DNA of 32,873 nucleotides. Source: Myxococcota bacterium. GTDB lineage: Bacteria; Myxococcota_A; Bradymonadia; UBA7976; UBA1532. This document shows, piece after piece, positions 10,101 through 20,200 of the stretch. The translations under genes and the position numbers were made by a program. Location: the NCBI GenBank assembly GCA_036337435.1, contig JAYZEG010000080.1, positions 1 through 32,873 on the forward strand, in the 5' to 3' direction. Positions within the stretch are counted from its first letter, which is position 1, and the number at the start of each line of letters is the position of its first letter. The notes beneath the pieces are model-generated. The model was not told the DNA's origin. It saw only the letters and a program-made list of their open reading frames with translations, and ran no database searches.

Positions 10101-13073
10101 ATCTGCGTTTTGAGCCACCGCAAGCAAATCGACTTCAGCGACTTGCCCCATCGACGGTACGCTTTCCTTGGTTTTGTCCAAGAATCCTGCGAGTAAGTCA
10201 GCGACCGGAACATTACTTTGAGTGATCCCCCCGACAGCCTCCGGGCCTGGAATAATCAGAACTTGATCGGGCTCATACCGGTCATCATGGGCCTGCCAAA
10301 GGGAATCGGAGCAGTACCATCGCCGCACGTTTGCATCGATGACGGGCACGAAGGGAACTGGTTTACCCGGCGTTGCACAGATGCGATGGATAAAGAATTG
10401 CACATCTTCGGGTATCACTCGGGCATCGGTGAGTCGAGGGCAGGCCTCGAGCAACTGATTGAGCTGAGACTTGGGTGAATTCAATTCGCGGTCTTCAGGA
10501 AGCGCTCCGTCATAGCCACATCGCATCAATGCGCGACGAAGCATTTTTCCGTACCGTGCGCGATGGGTAATATCTAACCAGATTCCATCTTCGTAGTCCC
10601 CATCACGACCCAACGCCATAACCTCGATCAACCTTGACAGAGCCTCGCCGTAGGTCATGTGATCGATATCCCCGAAATAGGGTTTTGCTGTCTTGTTCAG
10701 CGCATCGATAATGGCCGAACGTTTTGATTGAATCTGGCGTTCATCGCCGACGACCGTATCCAATAGAGCAGCCGTTCGTGCCGCATGATTGTCGATGTAG
10801 TGAATGTCAGCACCGAGCCCACTTAAGCCAGAGCGGATGCCGGCCGTTGCAGTTCCGCGACCAATGACTGCCGGTGTACCGTTGGTTTCGACAAGGCAGT
10901 CTTTCACCTTTGGTGCGGTACACGCTTCTTTGGCTGCCATGAGTGCTGTACCCAAGAAAACAGCGTCTACGGGCATATCCGCTCGCTCGTATCCCCGGCT
11001 CCAAGTGCCCGTGAGCAAGTCTCGAACGCGTTCACCGGTGCCAATACCACCCCCGACGGTCAACAAGACATTTGCGCGTTGCCGAATCCGCGCATACCAA
11101 TTGAGCAACAGTTCATCGAGAGAGTCGAAACTATGATGCCCACCGGCCTTACCGCCCTCAACTTGCAGTATAAATTGTCCATCATAGGCGTCGGCAATTT
11201 GCAGAGCTTGCCGAATCTGATCATCGTTGCCCACTTTGAGTGAATTGAGGGTCATGCCAAGTTCGGTGAAGCTATCGAGTAAGGCTACAGCTTCATCAAC
11301 AGGTGGGATGCCCGCTGTAATGGTGACTCCAAGGATGGGATGACCCTCACTTCGAAGTTTTTGAACCAGACGATCTTTGCCGATCTGCAATCCCCAGAGA
11401 TAAGGATCAAGATACAAGGTATTAACCACATAGCCCTCTCCCGGTATCAGTTGTTCTAAAAGTTCGTCAGCGCGCTTTCTAAAAATACGCTCGGTGACTT
11501 GGCCACCGCCGGCCAACTCCGACATATAGCCCGAATTGGCGGCCGCTGCGACAATGGGTGCTTCCACTGTTGTTGGGGTCATTCCGGGTAGCCAAATTGG
11601 CTGTCGATTTGTCCGCCGAGTGAACTCATTTTCTAGAACCAATTCTCCATCAGGGCGCTCCACGACCACCGGTGCGAATATGGTCCAGGGTTGAGGCGGC
11701 TTGAGGTCTTGGTCGTTTCGAGTCATCAGCAGGCGTTCGCCGCTCTCTGTGGCACCCGCGATGACTTGTACGCCTTCTCCACGCAAACAGAGAGCCGAGA
11801 CCGCAGAGACGCCTGCGCCAGGACCGGCGTCGATCACCTGGGTTGGTGAGAACCCCATCACGCCCTTCATGGTTGCCGGCCATTGGACCGAATTGATGGA
11901 CTGCGATACGCACAGGTCTTCACCTGCCCAAATCGCCCCCGTTTCAAATCGAAGCATGGGAACCTTCAAGCGTTCCGGAGTTGGTTCAAACCCCAGCTGT
12001 TTCGCTTTGGCTTGCATGAGTGGCAGAGCCTTAGCCATCGCTGGTGAATGATACGGTGCACTGACAGACAGCCATTCGACGCCCAGCGAGCGCGGACGAG
12101 CAGACAAACCCTTATCGAATGCGCTAAATTCGCTCTTTGACCGAGTTTCTAGTCGCCTCACAGCCTGTTCGAGGGCATCCGGTTGTCCACTGATCACAAA
12201 GCGCCTCGGTGAGTTCGCTAACCCGATGACTGCATCAAGACCCGACAGAGCTTGTTCAATCTCAACTCGAGATTGTCCCGTTACAGCAACCATGGGAGTT
12301 TCCGTACCGGCGGGTCGGCCGTAAGACATTTGCATGTAGATGCCTTGCCAGACCAGGTAGCGCGCGATTTGGTCAGCTCGTCTTTCTAAGGTTTGAAGGG
12401 TATGTCCTTCAGCCGCAACCAACGCTGGCAGAATGCCCTGACTGTGACCTGTCGTAGCAACAGCCAAATCGGCGATCCGCTCAATATGGAATCCCTGTCG
12501 TTCGAGAGCGACTAACTGGGCAATTTGAGTGACAAAGATCAGCGGTTGAGACAAGACAGCATCAGCCAATCTGTCCGAGGGTGGCCGAGTTGCTGGATCT
12601 TCGATCCAACTGATGAGTTCAAATCCAAACGGATGCAATCCCTCTAAACCCGCACGAGTGTCGACTTCATCTTTGAGCGCGGTCGCACATGAGTTAATGA
12701 GCCGCTTTGCGTTTGGTATTTCGTACAATCGTTCGAGGTCATCAAAATAACTTTGGGCTTGTCCGGCAAAGGTCAGAACAACTCTTGCGTCTCCGTTCCG
12801 AGCCCATTTCAAAAGCAGCGAGTTGGTCGTCGGTGTGAGTTGTGCTCGAATGGCGTAAATGGTGCGTTGATCAACAGTTCCAGCCAAAGACTCAACCAAT
12901 GCATCTGTGATGTCAGTGCCCGTCAGACGACTATCTACTCGATTCCAAGCGTCCATGACAGCTGAGGCGTCTTTTGCATGGATGTTGAGTTTTGCTTTGC
13001 CAAAACGGGACGGCCCCTCAATCCAAGTTTTCTCGCTATTCGCGTTCATTGTCTTGTCCATAAGCTTGTTCAT
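4098..13073 (-). CDS. fas: Single-chain type I fatty acid synthase (CMN/fungal-type): AT-ER-DH-MPT-ACP-KR-KS
   Basis: AT GHSQG (~12440). FMN-ER PGMTPTTV, ELAGGGQ, EGGKAGGHHS. DH SGDLNPIH and HGQW. MPT FPGQGSQ, GHSVGEY, VPFHS. ACP GGNSARRNQ (Ser codon 7707-7709). KR LVTGAG, SPNHG, YAESK. KS SACATAA (Cys 5112-5114), HGTST, GHAKGG, TSLGFG. Start probably ATG 13073 (alternatives 13061, 13049). Confidence 0.95.
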   Translation of the reverse strand: MNKLMDKTMNANSEKTWIEGPSRFGKAKLNIHAKDASAVMDAWNRVDSRLTGTDITDALVESLAGTVDQRTIYAIRAQLTPTTNSLLLKWARNGDARVVLTFAGQAQSYFDDLERLYEIPNAKRLINSCATALKDEVDTRAGLEGLHPFGFELISWIEDPATRPPSDRLADAVLSQPLIFVTQIAQLVALERQGFHIERIADLAVATTGHSQGILPALVAAEGHTLQTLERRADQIARYLVWQGIYMQMSYGRPAGTETPMVAVTGQSRVEIEQALSGLDAVIGLANSPRRFVISGQPDALEQAVRRLETRSKSEFSAFDKGLSARPRSLGVEWLSVSAPYHSPAMAKALPLMQAKAKQLGFEPTPERLKVPMLRFETGAIWAGEDLCVSQSINSVQWPATMKGVMGFSPTQVIDAGPGAGVSAVSALCLRGEGVQVIAGATESGERLLMTRNDQDLKPPQPWTIFAPVVVERPDGELVLENEFTRRTNRQPIWLPGMTPTTVEAPIVAAAANSGYMSELAGGGQVTERIFRKRADELLEQLIPGEGYVVNTLYLDPYLWGLQIGKDRLVQKLRSEGHPILGVTITAGIPPVDEAVALLDSFTELGMTLNSLKVGNDDQIRQALQIADAYDGQFILQVEGGKAGGHHSFDSLDELLLNWYARIRQRANVLLTVGGGIGTGERVRDLLTGTWSRGYERADMPVDAVFLGTALMAAKEACTAPKVKDCLVETNGTPAVIGRGTATAGIRSGLSGLGADIHYIDNHAARTAALLDTVVGDERQIQSKRSAIIDALNKTAKPYFGDIDHMTYGEALSRLIEVMALGRDGDYEDGIWLDITHRARYGKMLRRALMRCGYDGALPEDRELNSPKSQLNQLLEACPRLTDARVIPEDVQFFIHRICATPGKPVPFVPVIDANVRRWYCSDSLWQAHDDRYEPDQVLIIPGPEAVGGITQSNVPVADLLAGFLDKTKESVPSMGQVAEVDLLAVAQNADVCLYGREERPNPIPRLLEVARDQVSLSVQGKSIQLSIKHQRPLGGSETLTLDFDVKPFHPYPLRASDDVAARVRDFYSKVMPDEVAIDADRIAAYRRVTNDEGPATPEQIFFATALPGIMQVLLNPELGLDPLSLLHLSSEIKQISAADGPYDVITHTPRVRDEAAGRRVEIAVDISASDTLVARLNQVFLIRRADGTIPTVFQSSETAESQGPEGIVLLRNRHVSTTEIQAPSDLRAFAHISGDLNPIHRDPALAVLAGLPEPIVHGQWTAATACALLCGSDRKLNHSYAQFIAPVRPGASLRFEAELVGRKNGDDLIDMQVFSDGVLAVRLKAQVARRKTALIFPGQGSQRRAMGMDTYARSRDAKAIWDRADAHTQETYGFSLLEIVRNNPKTLDVGGDIIRHPDGVLHVTQFTQVALTVLSCAGVAELRENGACPDDAWFCGHSVGEYSALSAVTDVLPLDALVDVVYHRGLTMQRYVARDENGRSDYAMGVIRPNRAGIDGVTAQELVNAVADESGLPLYVVNHNVLNRQYAVAGHLGAIKILAERLAERAPDGSAWIQIPGIDVPFHSPLLVDGVPAFRDVLEKCIPQDVDINRLVGRYVPNLVARPFELSADFVDDMIAATGFTDLIEFRQAPEKHARRLLIELLAWQFASPVRWIETQEYLADEVEQLIEVGPEAAPVLSNMFRSSTRARDVVPPVLHGTRDFIDVVGIGPEPADEQDPVAVETRAPETQADVTHVQTTNTVSVASTEPIDDEPWDIADALKALLALRAGQGIDSIGRTDTIDGLLGGNSARRNQVLLDLGKEFGVGPVDGAHELPIVELTDAISRAGGARYRHPGAILKAAQTQALGTIGQGKKAALSQLNERYGLEAGRGNAVLSTLASESGQYMSDADPLKAAAQAYARRSGVSLERSTSAAGPTVAVDASALKATETKIRQSWLDVARTALRSANIDPLIIDKALAEAPADPVAKQASKSGRFDAAAHVAYTAIEQWQRVDTLALVQTARAGKTCNQLNERLSRSGDKASIDMLDYFLTTTSKQSKFAKELRQTRTAIMNGMAEPLAWADQTALVTGAGPDSIAEGIIKRLLEGGARVVVTTSRPTRDRLKRFKTLYRRHGARGSELHIVPFNQGDFDDIDRLCEWMLSSSFETRGAARIQLKTPWLPTLCFPFGAVPAEGDPTTLDESIADTLKVNLIGVERLIGKLAVEISKRGADVQPVHVVLPLSPNHGQMGRDGLYAESKIGLETLLRRWAAEFDRWGKYTTLCGARIGWVRGTGLMHGLDRVYKRIETELGIETFSPTEMADLILGYCDENGRATSAEAPVVADLTGGFGKATGLRDLINDALQSAQSQLGAVEAPAASPGLPLNLFDFPALPKAATGKAIDPAGTIAIVGFGEIGPFGNARARWSIEKTQHLTPSDAIELAWLCGHIKFENGEWLDIETGDAVDVNSLVQTYELNSAIGIRENAVFDPTMVEAYSEVLLSEDLVFHVPDADIAESFKRQDPAHTRVVVADDGFKVVRKAGARVRVPRIDPIDRDIAGQLPEGFEPTRLGFDAQQLEQIDPVAIYNLLATAEAFRTAGIDPRELWAEIHPSRIACTQGSGIGGMRALRRLYADSVLDQNKQSDVLQETLINVGAAYPGMYIYGGYGPMINPVSACATAAVSVEIANDLLMANKADFVVAGAFDDFSKEGARGFAEMQATISAAERERRGFDPDQSSRPCDARRGGFVESQGGGTILLCRADTAIELGLPIYGLVAGAWSAADGLQKSVPAPGPGISAIGAGGLSSPLGRALDKLGLGADDIGVISMHGTSTDANDLNETKLHSNLAKALGRSPGNPLPVIGQKAITGHAKGGAAAWQLIGLCQSLNEGVIPPMHNLDEPDRRLDDRAPLLFSDEALNYGPGSLKAGILTSLGFGHVGAAVCIANANVLLEGLSEAELEQYAQRRDARWNYQLKAQYSVMLGEQKFFGGGLDKTMSADQEYELLLDPNGRIVL

Positions 13074-13416
13074 TGTTTTACCGATTTTCCCCAAAATCAC
13101 GATTCGCCTTGCCAATAGCAAAAAGCGTGCACAAAAAAAGTGCCATCGGGCCGGGGTGACCGGCATTTTATCGCCAAAGACCCGTGGCGAAACGCTTTTG
13201 CACTGCGTAGGCTGCTTCGCAGTCCAACAGCTGATACACCCACATGTCCAGTGAACCCTAACCGCGTGCGCGTCAGGGAACAAGCGTCTCTGTTAATTTA
13301 TCATCCGGGTTCCCGAGCCCTGAAAACCCGCACAACTGGTCCCGACGGGACTTTGCAAAACGAGACACTTAAGGTACCGATATTGGGATAACGGAATGAT
13401 TGCAAGATGGAGTTCG

Positions 13417-14196
13417 ATGGCAACCTATATCATCGGCGATGTACAGGGCTGCTTTGCCACCTTTCAGCGATTGCTGGCTTTTGTGCAATTTCAGCCTCAA
13501 CGCGACCGGGTTTATTTGCTCGGAGATTTGGTCAATCGCGGTCCGGATTCACTCTCCATGCTCCGGTGGGCTAAGTCTCATGATGCCGTCTGCGTTCTCG
13601 GTAACCACGACTTGTACTGTCTCCATACGTACTCAGGCGGTGCGAGGCGCGTTGGCGATACGTTGTCAGACGTATTGGCTGCACCTGATGTAGATGACCT
13701 TATGGATTGGCTACGGCGACGTCCTTTCGCTTGGTTCGACGAAACCTGCGTCCTGGTTCACGCGGGATTTCAACCGGATTGGAACGTCGAACAGGCCATG
13801 GCGATTGCCACCGCCGCCACGCGACGGCTTTCCGGGCCTGATTGGAAAGCTGTCTGTCTCACGATGTCGAACACTGATTCGGCGGATGACGGAGTATCGA
13901 CTCTCACCCAAATTCGCATGTGTAACCCATCTGGGGAGCCCGATTACCGATATAAAGGCGCACCTGAAGCAGCACCAAAACACCTATCCCCGTGGTTTGA
14001 AGGCTCGTCCATAGGCACGCCGACTCGTCCCGTTTTTTTTGGGCATTGGGCGGCGTTGGGGCATCGTAACTTAGGCAGCGTCATCTCGATGGACACCGGA
14101 TGTGTTTGGGGCCGGACATTATCGGCCTATCGATTGGACGATGGTCGTGTCTTCGCTGTGCCTGCTGTCCCATCGGATATCTACAGCGACCAGTGA
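13417..14196 (+). CDS. apaH: Symmetrical bis(5'-nucleosyl)-tetraphosphatase
   Basis: MATYIIGDVQGC, GDLVNRGPDS, LGNHD, VHAG, FFGHWAALG, DTGCVWG. GGAG RBS before ATG 13417. Confidence 0.95.
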   Translation: MATYIIGDVQGCFATFQRLLAFVQFQPQRDRVYLLGDLVNRGPDSLSMLRWAKSHDAVCVLGNHDLYCLHTYSGGARRVGDTLSDVLAAPDVDDLMDWLRRRPFAWFDETCVLVHAGFQPDWNVEQAMAIATAATRRLSGPDWKAVCLTMSNTDSADDGVSTLTQIRMCNPSGEPDYRYKGAPEAAPKHLSPWFEGSSIGTPTRPVFFGHWAALGHRNLGSVISMDTGCVWGRTLSAYRLDDGRVFAVPAVPSDIYSDQ

Positions 14197-14271
14197 ATGA
14201 CAGGTGCATGAGAGCAACAGCGCATGGTATGGTATAGCGGAGCGACTTAGTCGGGGTAAGCAGGTAAAAAA

Positions 14272-17200
14272 ATGGGAAGCATGTTCCGTAGATTCATAGT
14301 GCTCATTGTGATGTGTCTGCCGAGCTTCCAAGCACACGGTCAAGATTTGGTGCGCGGCTGCATCGAGACCAATGGGCAGGGTCAGGGACTAGACCTTTTT
14401 GTCGATGGTCTTGGTGTCCTACACATGAGCCATGCGACCCGTATTCAAGGCAGCTTGCGGCTCACGTCAATCGACGTAGATGGCACTGTGACCAATCAGT
14501 CTATCGCCAATCGCATTCATCGATTCCCGACCACTGACACGTTAGGCACGGGGCTCTTCATCGACGGGACGACAGCCATCGTGTGTTACCACAACCAGCT
14601 CGCCGATACGCTTAATGTAGCGACTCGGACCAATGGACAATGGCGCATCGATATTGTTGCTCGGAATGTGGCTGGTAATGGGTGTGCAGTAACGCGGAGC
14701 GGCAATGAGACATTGGTGCTCTATCACGGCAATAATCAGCTGATGGCTGCAGCCAAAATTGGTAATGGCCAATGGACGACACGCGTTGTGGATGCGGGTG
14801 ATGGCAATGTCGGAGAGTTGCCCAATTTGGCTCGAAGTGGAGCAGGGCAGTTGGCCGTCGCGTATCGTGATACTGCAAATGGTCGACTCAGGGTTGCCTT
14901 TAGAAATGGGGGACAATGGATTGTCGAGATACCTGACCTACCTGTCGGCAATGCTGGTCATAATCCGCGGCTTGTTGCTGTCGCGAACGAATTCAAAATT
15001 TTTCATGGACAAATCGTCGGTCAGCTCGACGTTGAGACCGACGGCAGTCTTTTGATGACCACGCGGACCAATGAGGGTGACTATGATTCCATCATTTTCC
15101 CCGACTTTGCTGTCGGTGGCACCATCGGTGCAGCGGCGAGTGACCGTGGCGTTTTCGCGTCGACTCGACATTTGAGTCGCAGTGCACTGTTTGGTGATTC
15201 CGACGGTTTGTTGGTCTTTTCTGGTGAGCCCCTCACGTCAGATGCATTCGAGCAGTATGGTCCGGCCCAAGGCCGACATACTTATTTGTTTGTCCGCGTT
15301 GCCATGGACCCTTTTGGCTTGCCTGTCGTCGCTTTTGTGGATTCGTTTCTTGGTGGTTTTGGAAGCGCCGATGGCTCTCCGATTTGTTACTGGCGTCCTC
15401 GCGACACCGATGAAGACCGGATCCCCGACGAAATCGAGCAAGAGTTGGGCACCGATCCCAATGTGCGCGATACGGATGGCGACGGTCGAAGCGATGGTCA
15501 AGAAGTGTTGATCGATGGAACAAACCCCCTCGCGGATGATGTGTGCCGTCCGGTGCCAGAGGTCTGCAACGGTGATGACGACGATTGTGACGGTCGGACC
15601 GATGAGCAGCTCGTCACCGATTGTTACGAAGGGCCGGAAGGAACCGACGGTGTCGGGGCTTGTATCGGTGGCAGTCGGCGCTGCGTCGATGGTGCTTGGC
15701 TAGGCTGTGAAGGACAAATTACCCCATCTGGTGAAGCGTGCGACTTGGTTGACCAAGATTGTGATGGTCGCGTCGATGAATCCGTCGCGGGCACAGGCGG
15801 GGACTGTGACACGGGATTGGCAGGGATCTGCGGCGACGGTGTGCTCGCTTGCTTTGCAGGTGCGATTCGTTGCAGCGCGCTGACGGCGGCTCAACCGGAC
15901 GTATGCAATGGTCTTGACGACGATTGTGATAATGCCGTCGACGAAGGTGATATCAGCTGCGGCGTCGGCGTTTGCGTACGTCGCGTAAATGCATGCTCAG
16001 GCGGGCTCGACAACGTATGCTTACCACTCGCCCCAACCGGAGATGATTTAACCTGTGATGGTGCGGATAATGATTGTGATGGCCAAGTTGACGAAGGTGC
16101 GCCGCCGCAGCGGGTCAGTTGTGGCCGAGGCGCGTGTCTGCGGCAGGTCGAATTGCCTTGTCAGAATGGACAGCGGCTGGGTGAGTGCGTGCCCGGACAA
16201 CCGAGTGATGACACCGTGTGTGATGGCATTGATAACGATTGTGACGGTCGGATTGATGAGGCCTTTGTATCAACGGTAATTGAGTGTGGTGTGGGTGCCT
16301 GTCGAACGGTTGGCAGCACCGGTTGCATTGCCGGGGTCGTTGTCGAGCAGTGTCTGCCATTAGACCCGGCAGTTGATGATGCGCAATGTGATGGGGTCGA
16401 TGCTGATTGCGATGGGCGTTTGGACGAAGACTATGCGGAGAACGCCTCAGAATGCGGCGAGGGTGCATGCGCCCAAATTGGTGTTGTCGCCTGCGTCGCC
16501 GGCATTGTCGTTGATCAGTGTAGTCCGTTGCCGGGAACGCCTGATACCGACTGCGATGGGCTGGACAATGATTGTGATGGGAGAATCGATGAGGCGTATG
16601 CTGGCCGGCCCGTCCAGTGCGGCATCGGCCTATGTCAAGCTGAGGGACTCACGGTTTGCTCGGACGGTGAAGAAGAAATCCGCTGCCAAACCTTCGAGCC
16701 GGAACCAGACGTCAATTGTGATGGACTCGATGATGATTGCGACGGTCGGGCCGATGAGTCCTTTACCGATATTGGCATTCGATGCGGTGTTGGTGCGTGT
16801 ACACAGGCCGGTTTAAGGCAATGCGTTAATGGAAATCTAGTCGATTCGTGTGACCCGACATTGCCCGTGACACCCGACGCCGAGTGTGACGGGATCGATA
16901 ACGACTGTGACGGTCGGACAGACGAGAGCTTTGCTGGTCAACTGATTTCTTGTGGGCAAGGCTTGTGTTCGGCAGAAGCAGCTGAAGTCTGCATCGATGG
17001 AGAGACGATAGACCGATGCATACCGGGTGATCCCGAAGCCGAGGATTGGGTCTGTGACGGACGCGATGAAGACTGTGATGGTCGTCTAGATGAGGATTAT
17101 GAAATTGTGCCGACGACGTGTGGCGTTGGTGCATGTCAGGCAGAGGGACAAATCATTTGTCTCGATGGCGACCCAAATGTTTTGTGTACGCCCGGCCAAC

Positions 17201-20200
17201 CTAATCCAGACACGAATTGTAACGGGACCGATGATGATTGCGATGGTTTAATCGATGAAGACTTTGTCGGTCGCCTCGTCGATTGTGGCCGGGGGGCGTG
17301 TCAGGCGGAGGCTCGGTCAGTGTGTATCGATGGCCAGCAGCAGAGCACGTGTCTGCCTGGAAATCCCATCGATAATGACAGCCTCTGCGATGGAATCGAC
17401 TCGGATTGCGATGGAGAAGTTGATGAGGCATTTGTCCCCAGACCTGAGGCATGTGGACTGGGTGAATGTCGCCGAGACGGCGTCTGGCGCTGTATCGGGG
17501 GTCGGCAACAATTAGATTGTCAGGCAGGGGTGCCTCAGCCCGATGGTCAGTGTGATGGACTGGACCAGGATTGTGATGGGCGAGTCGACGAGGCCTTTTC
17601 TGGCATGCCCGTTCAATGTGGCATTGGTGCGTGTCAAGCGGATGGAACTGAGGTTTGTCGAAATGGGCAGGTTGTTGATTCGTGTGTGCCTGGACAAGGA
17701 GCAGATTTCGACAGGAGTTGCGATGGGTTGGACGATGATTGTGACGGCCGTATCGATGAAGATTACCGTCCTGAGACCATCGAGTGTGGCGTCGGCATTT
17801 GCCGCGCAGAGGGCCTGACCACATGCATCGACGGGTCTGTAATCGACGCCTGCGAACCGGGTGTGGGCGCGGATGCTGATCTCACCTGTGATGGACTAGA
17901 CGATGATTGCGACGGTCAAGCAGATGAGGACCATCAAGCAGAGCCGATCACGTGCGGCGTGGGCGCATGCCAAGCTGACGGACGCCGCGTTTGTCGGTTA
18001 GGTGCGCTCGTCGATGTGTGCAGTCCGGCTGGGCCGAGTGGTCTAGATACGGGATGTGATGGCATCGACCAGGATTGCGATGGACAAGTTGACGAAAGCT
18101 TTCCAGTACAGGCCACCAGCTGCGGAGTCGGAGCGTGTGCGCAGGCGGGCCAATTGACCTGCCGCAACGGGCGACTCATTGACAACTGCGAAGCTGCACC
18201 GCCCAACGGGCAGGCCGACATCTGCGATGCAATCGACACGGATTGTGATGGCCGAGTTGATGAAGACCATGAGCTCAGTCGTACAGAGTGTGGTGTTGGT
18301 GCCTGTCGGTCCATTGGTCGTCTCAGATGTGAGACGGGACGTGTCATCGACACATGCAGACCGGGGGCTGTCCTCGGACCGGATACAATTTGTGACGGAG
18401 TCGATTCAGATTGCGACGGGCGATCCGATGAAGGGTATGTGGCGACCGCGACAGCATGCGGCGTTGGTGCGTGCGCGAGTATTGGACAACGCCAATGCGA
18501 GGCAGGGCGTGAGTCAGATACTTGCCGACCCGCCGAGCCGGCTGGTGGCCAAGACCTCTGTGACGGAATCGACAACGACTGCGACGGTTCAGCCGATGAA
18601 GACTACCGGGTGACAAGAACTTGGTGTTCTACCGGTGTTTGCCTGTCCAGTGGGCGGTTGCGGTGCATTGAGGGCGCAGAAATCGACAGTTGTGTACCCA
18701 AAGAGCGTTGGGGTCGCGATTCCAACTGCGACGGGATCGATGCAGACTGTGACGGCCGATATGACGAAAATTTTCGGTCTATCGATACACAGTGTGGCGT
18801 CGGTGCCTGCGCATCGAACGGTGTCACAGTATGTGTTGATGGCTCGGTCGTCGACGATTGTGAACCCCGTGATGCACTTGGAGATGATGACAATTGTGAT
18901 GGTGTCGATGACGACTGCGATGGGCAAGTCGATGAAGGCTTTGTTAGAACAGAGACATCGTGTGGCGTGGGCTTTTGTCAGATAACGGGTTTTATCACCT
19001 GCCTGGATGGTCAAACAGTGGACACCTGTGAACCTGGTCTTCCTCGTGGTCGTGATAGTGCATGTGATGGAATTGATGCCGATTGTGACGGCCGCCTCGA
19101 TGAGCGTTACCGCGTCCAGCCGAGTGAATGCGGTGTGGGCAGCTGTGCGAGCTCAGGGGAGGTCATCTGTCGGGATGGGCAACGGGTCGACACCTGCCAA
19201 TCCGGCACGCCGTCCGGCGCAGACGTACTTTGTGATGGCCAAGATCAGGATTGCGATGGTCGAGTCGACGAGGGCTTCCAAAACAGCCCTACTCGTTGCT
19301 CGACTGGTGTGTGCATGGGGATCGGTCAAACCCGTTGTGAAGGGGGCGACGTGATCGACGATTGCCAACCTGGCCAGCCAACGGGTGGGGATGTGTCGTG
19401 TGATGGTCTCGATAACGACTGTGATGGTCAAACCGACGAGTCGGTGCCCCGAACCCAGAGCACCTGCGGGGTTGGAGCCTGTCGAAATACGGGCGAAACC
19501 GTCTGCGTCGGGGGGCGCTTACAAAACAATTGTCGACCCAATACACCCGCAGCCGACGACAACTCCTGTGACGGTATTGACTCTGATTGTAATGGCCAAG
19601 TCGATGAAGATTTTCAGCCGGACCGCATTACCTGCGGTGTCGGGACGTGCCAAGGAAATGGCATTACACAGTGTTTCGGAGGTGAATTGATTCGGAATTG
19701 TCGTGTTGGACAGCCCGCGCCGGGCGATATCAATTGCGATGGGCTCGATGATGATTGCGATGGACGTAATGATGAAGACTTTCAAGGCCAACCGATCGAG
19801 TGTGGCATTGGCGTGTGCTCGGTGACCGCAGTCGGGGTGTGCGCACGTGGACAACTCAGAGCCACCTGTGACCCATTACCGCCGACCGGTGACGATAATG
19901 ATTGTGATGGACTCGATAGCGACTGTGACGGGCGCGTGGATGAGGCATCAAGCATTGAAATTGAGTGTGGAATCGGTGCATGCAGACGCCTTGGCCGGCA
20001 AGTTTGTCGAGATGGTGCCGCTGTACAGGAATGTGAACCAGGCCGAGCCGCCGATAATGACCGGTCGTGTAACGGCCTGGATGATGATTGCGATGATCGA
20101 ATCGATGAGGACTGCCAATCTGACGCGCGGGTCGATTCTGGTGCCACCGACGCGGCTGTCAGTCGCGACATGGAACCAGTCCAACCGTTGGACGGGGGTG

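Noticed and set aside
4098..13073. Modular PKS or Pfa-type PUFA synthase
   Set aside because: Domain order has AT first and KS last, with an FMN-type ER and a single FAS-I-type ACP. There is no KS-AT start and no tandem ACPs.
13074..13283. First 70 codons of the 3061-aa ORF as part of FAS
   Set aside because: TTG start, Cys/Trp-rich non-protein-like composition and overlap with the divergent promoter region. ATG 13073, 13061 or 13049 is more plausible.
15565..20116. CRISPR array or non-coding tandem repeat
   Set aside because: The units are in-frame, conserved at the amino-acid level with synonymous divergence, and contain no identical DNA repeats with unique spacers. No cas genes are present.
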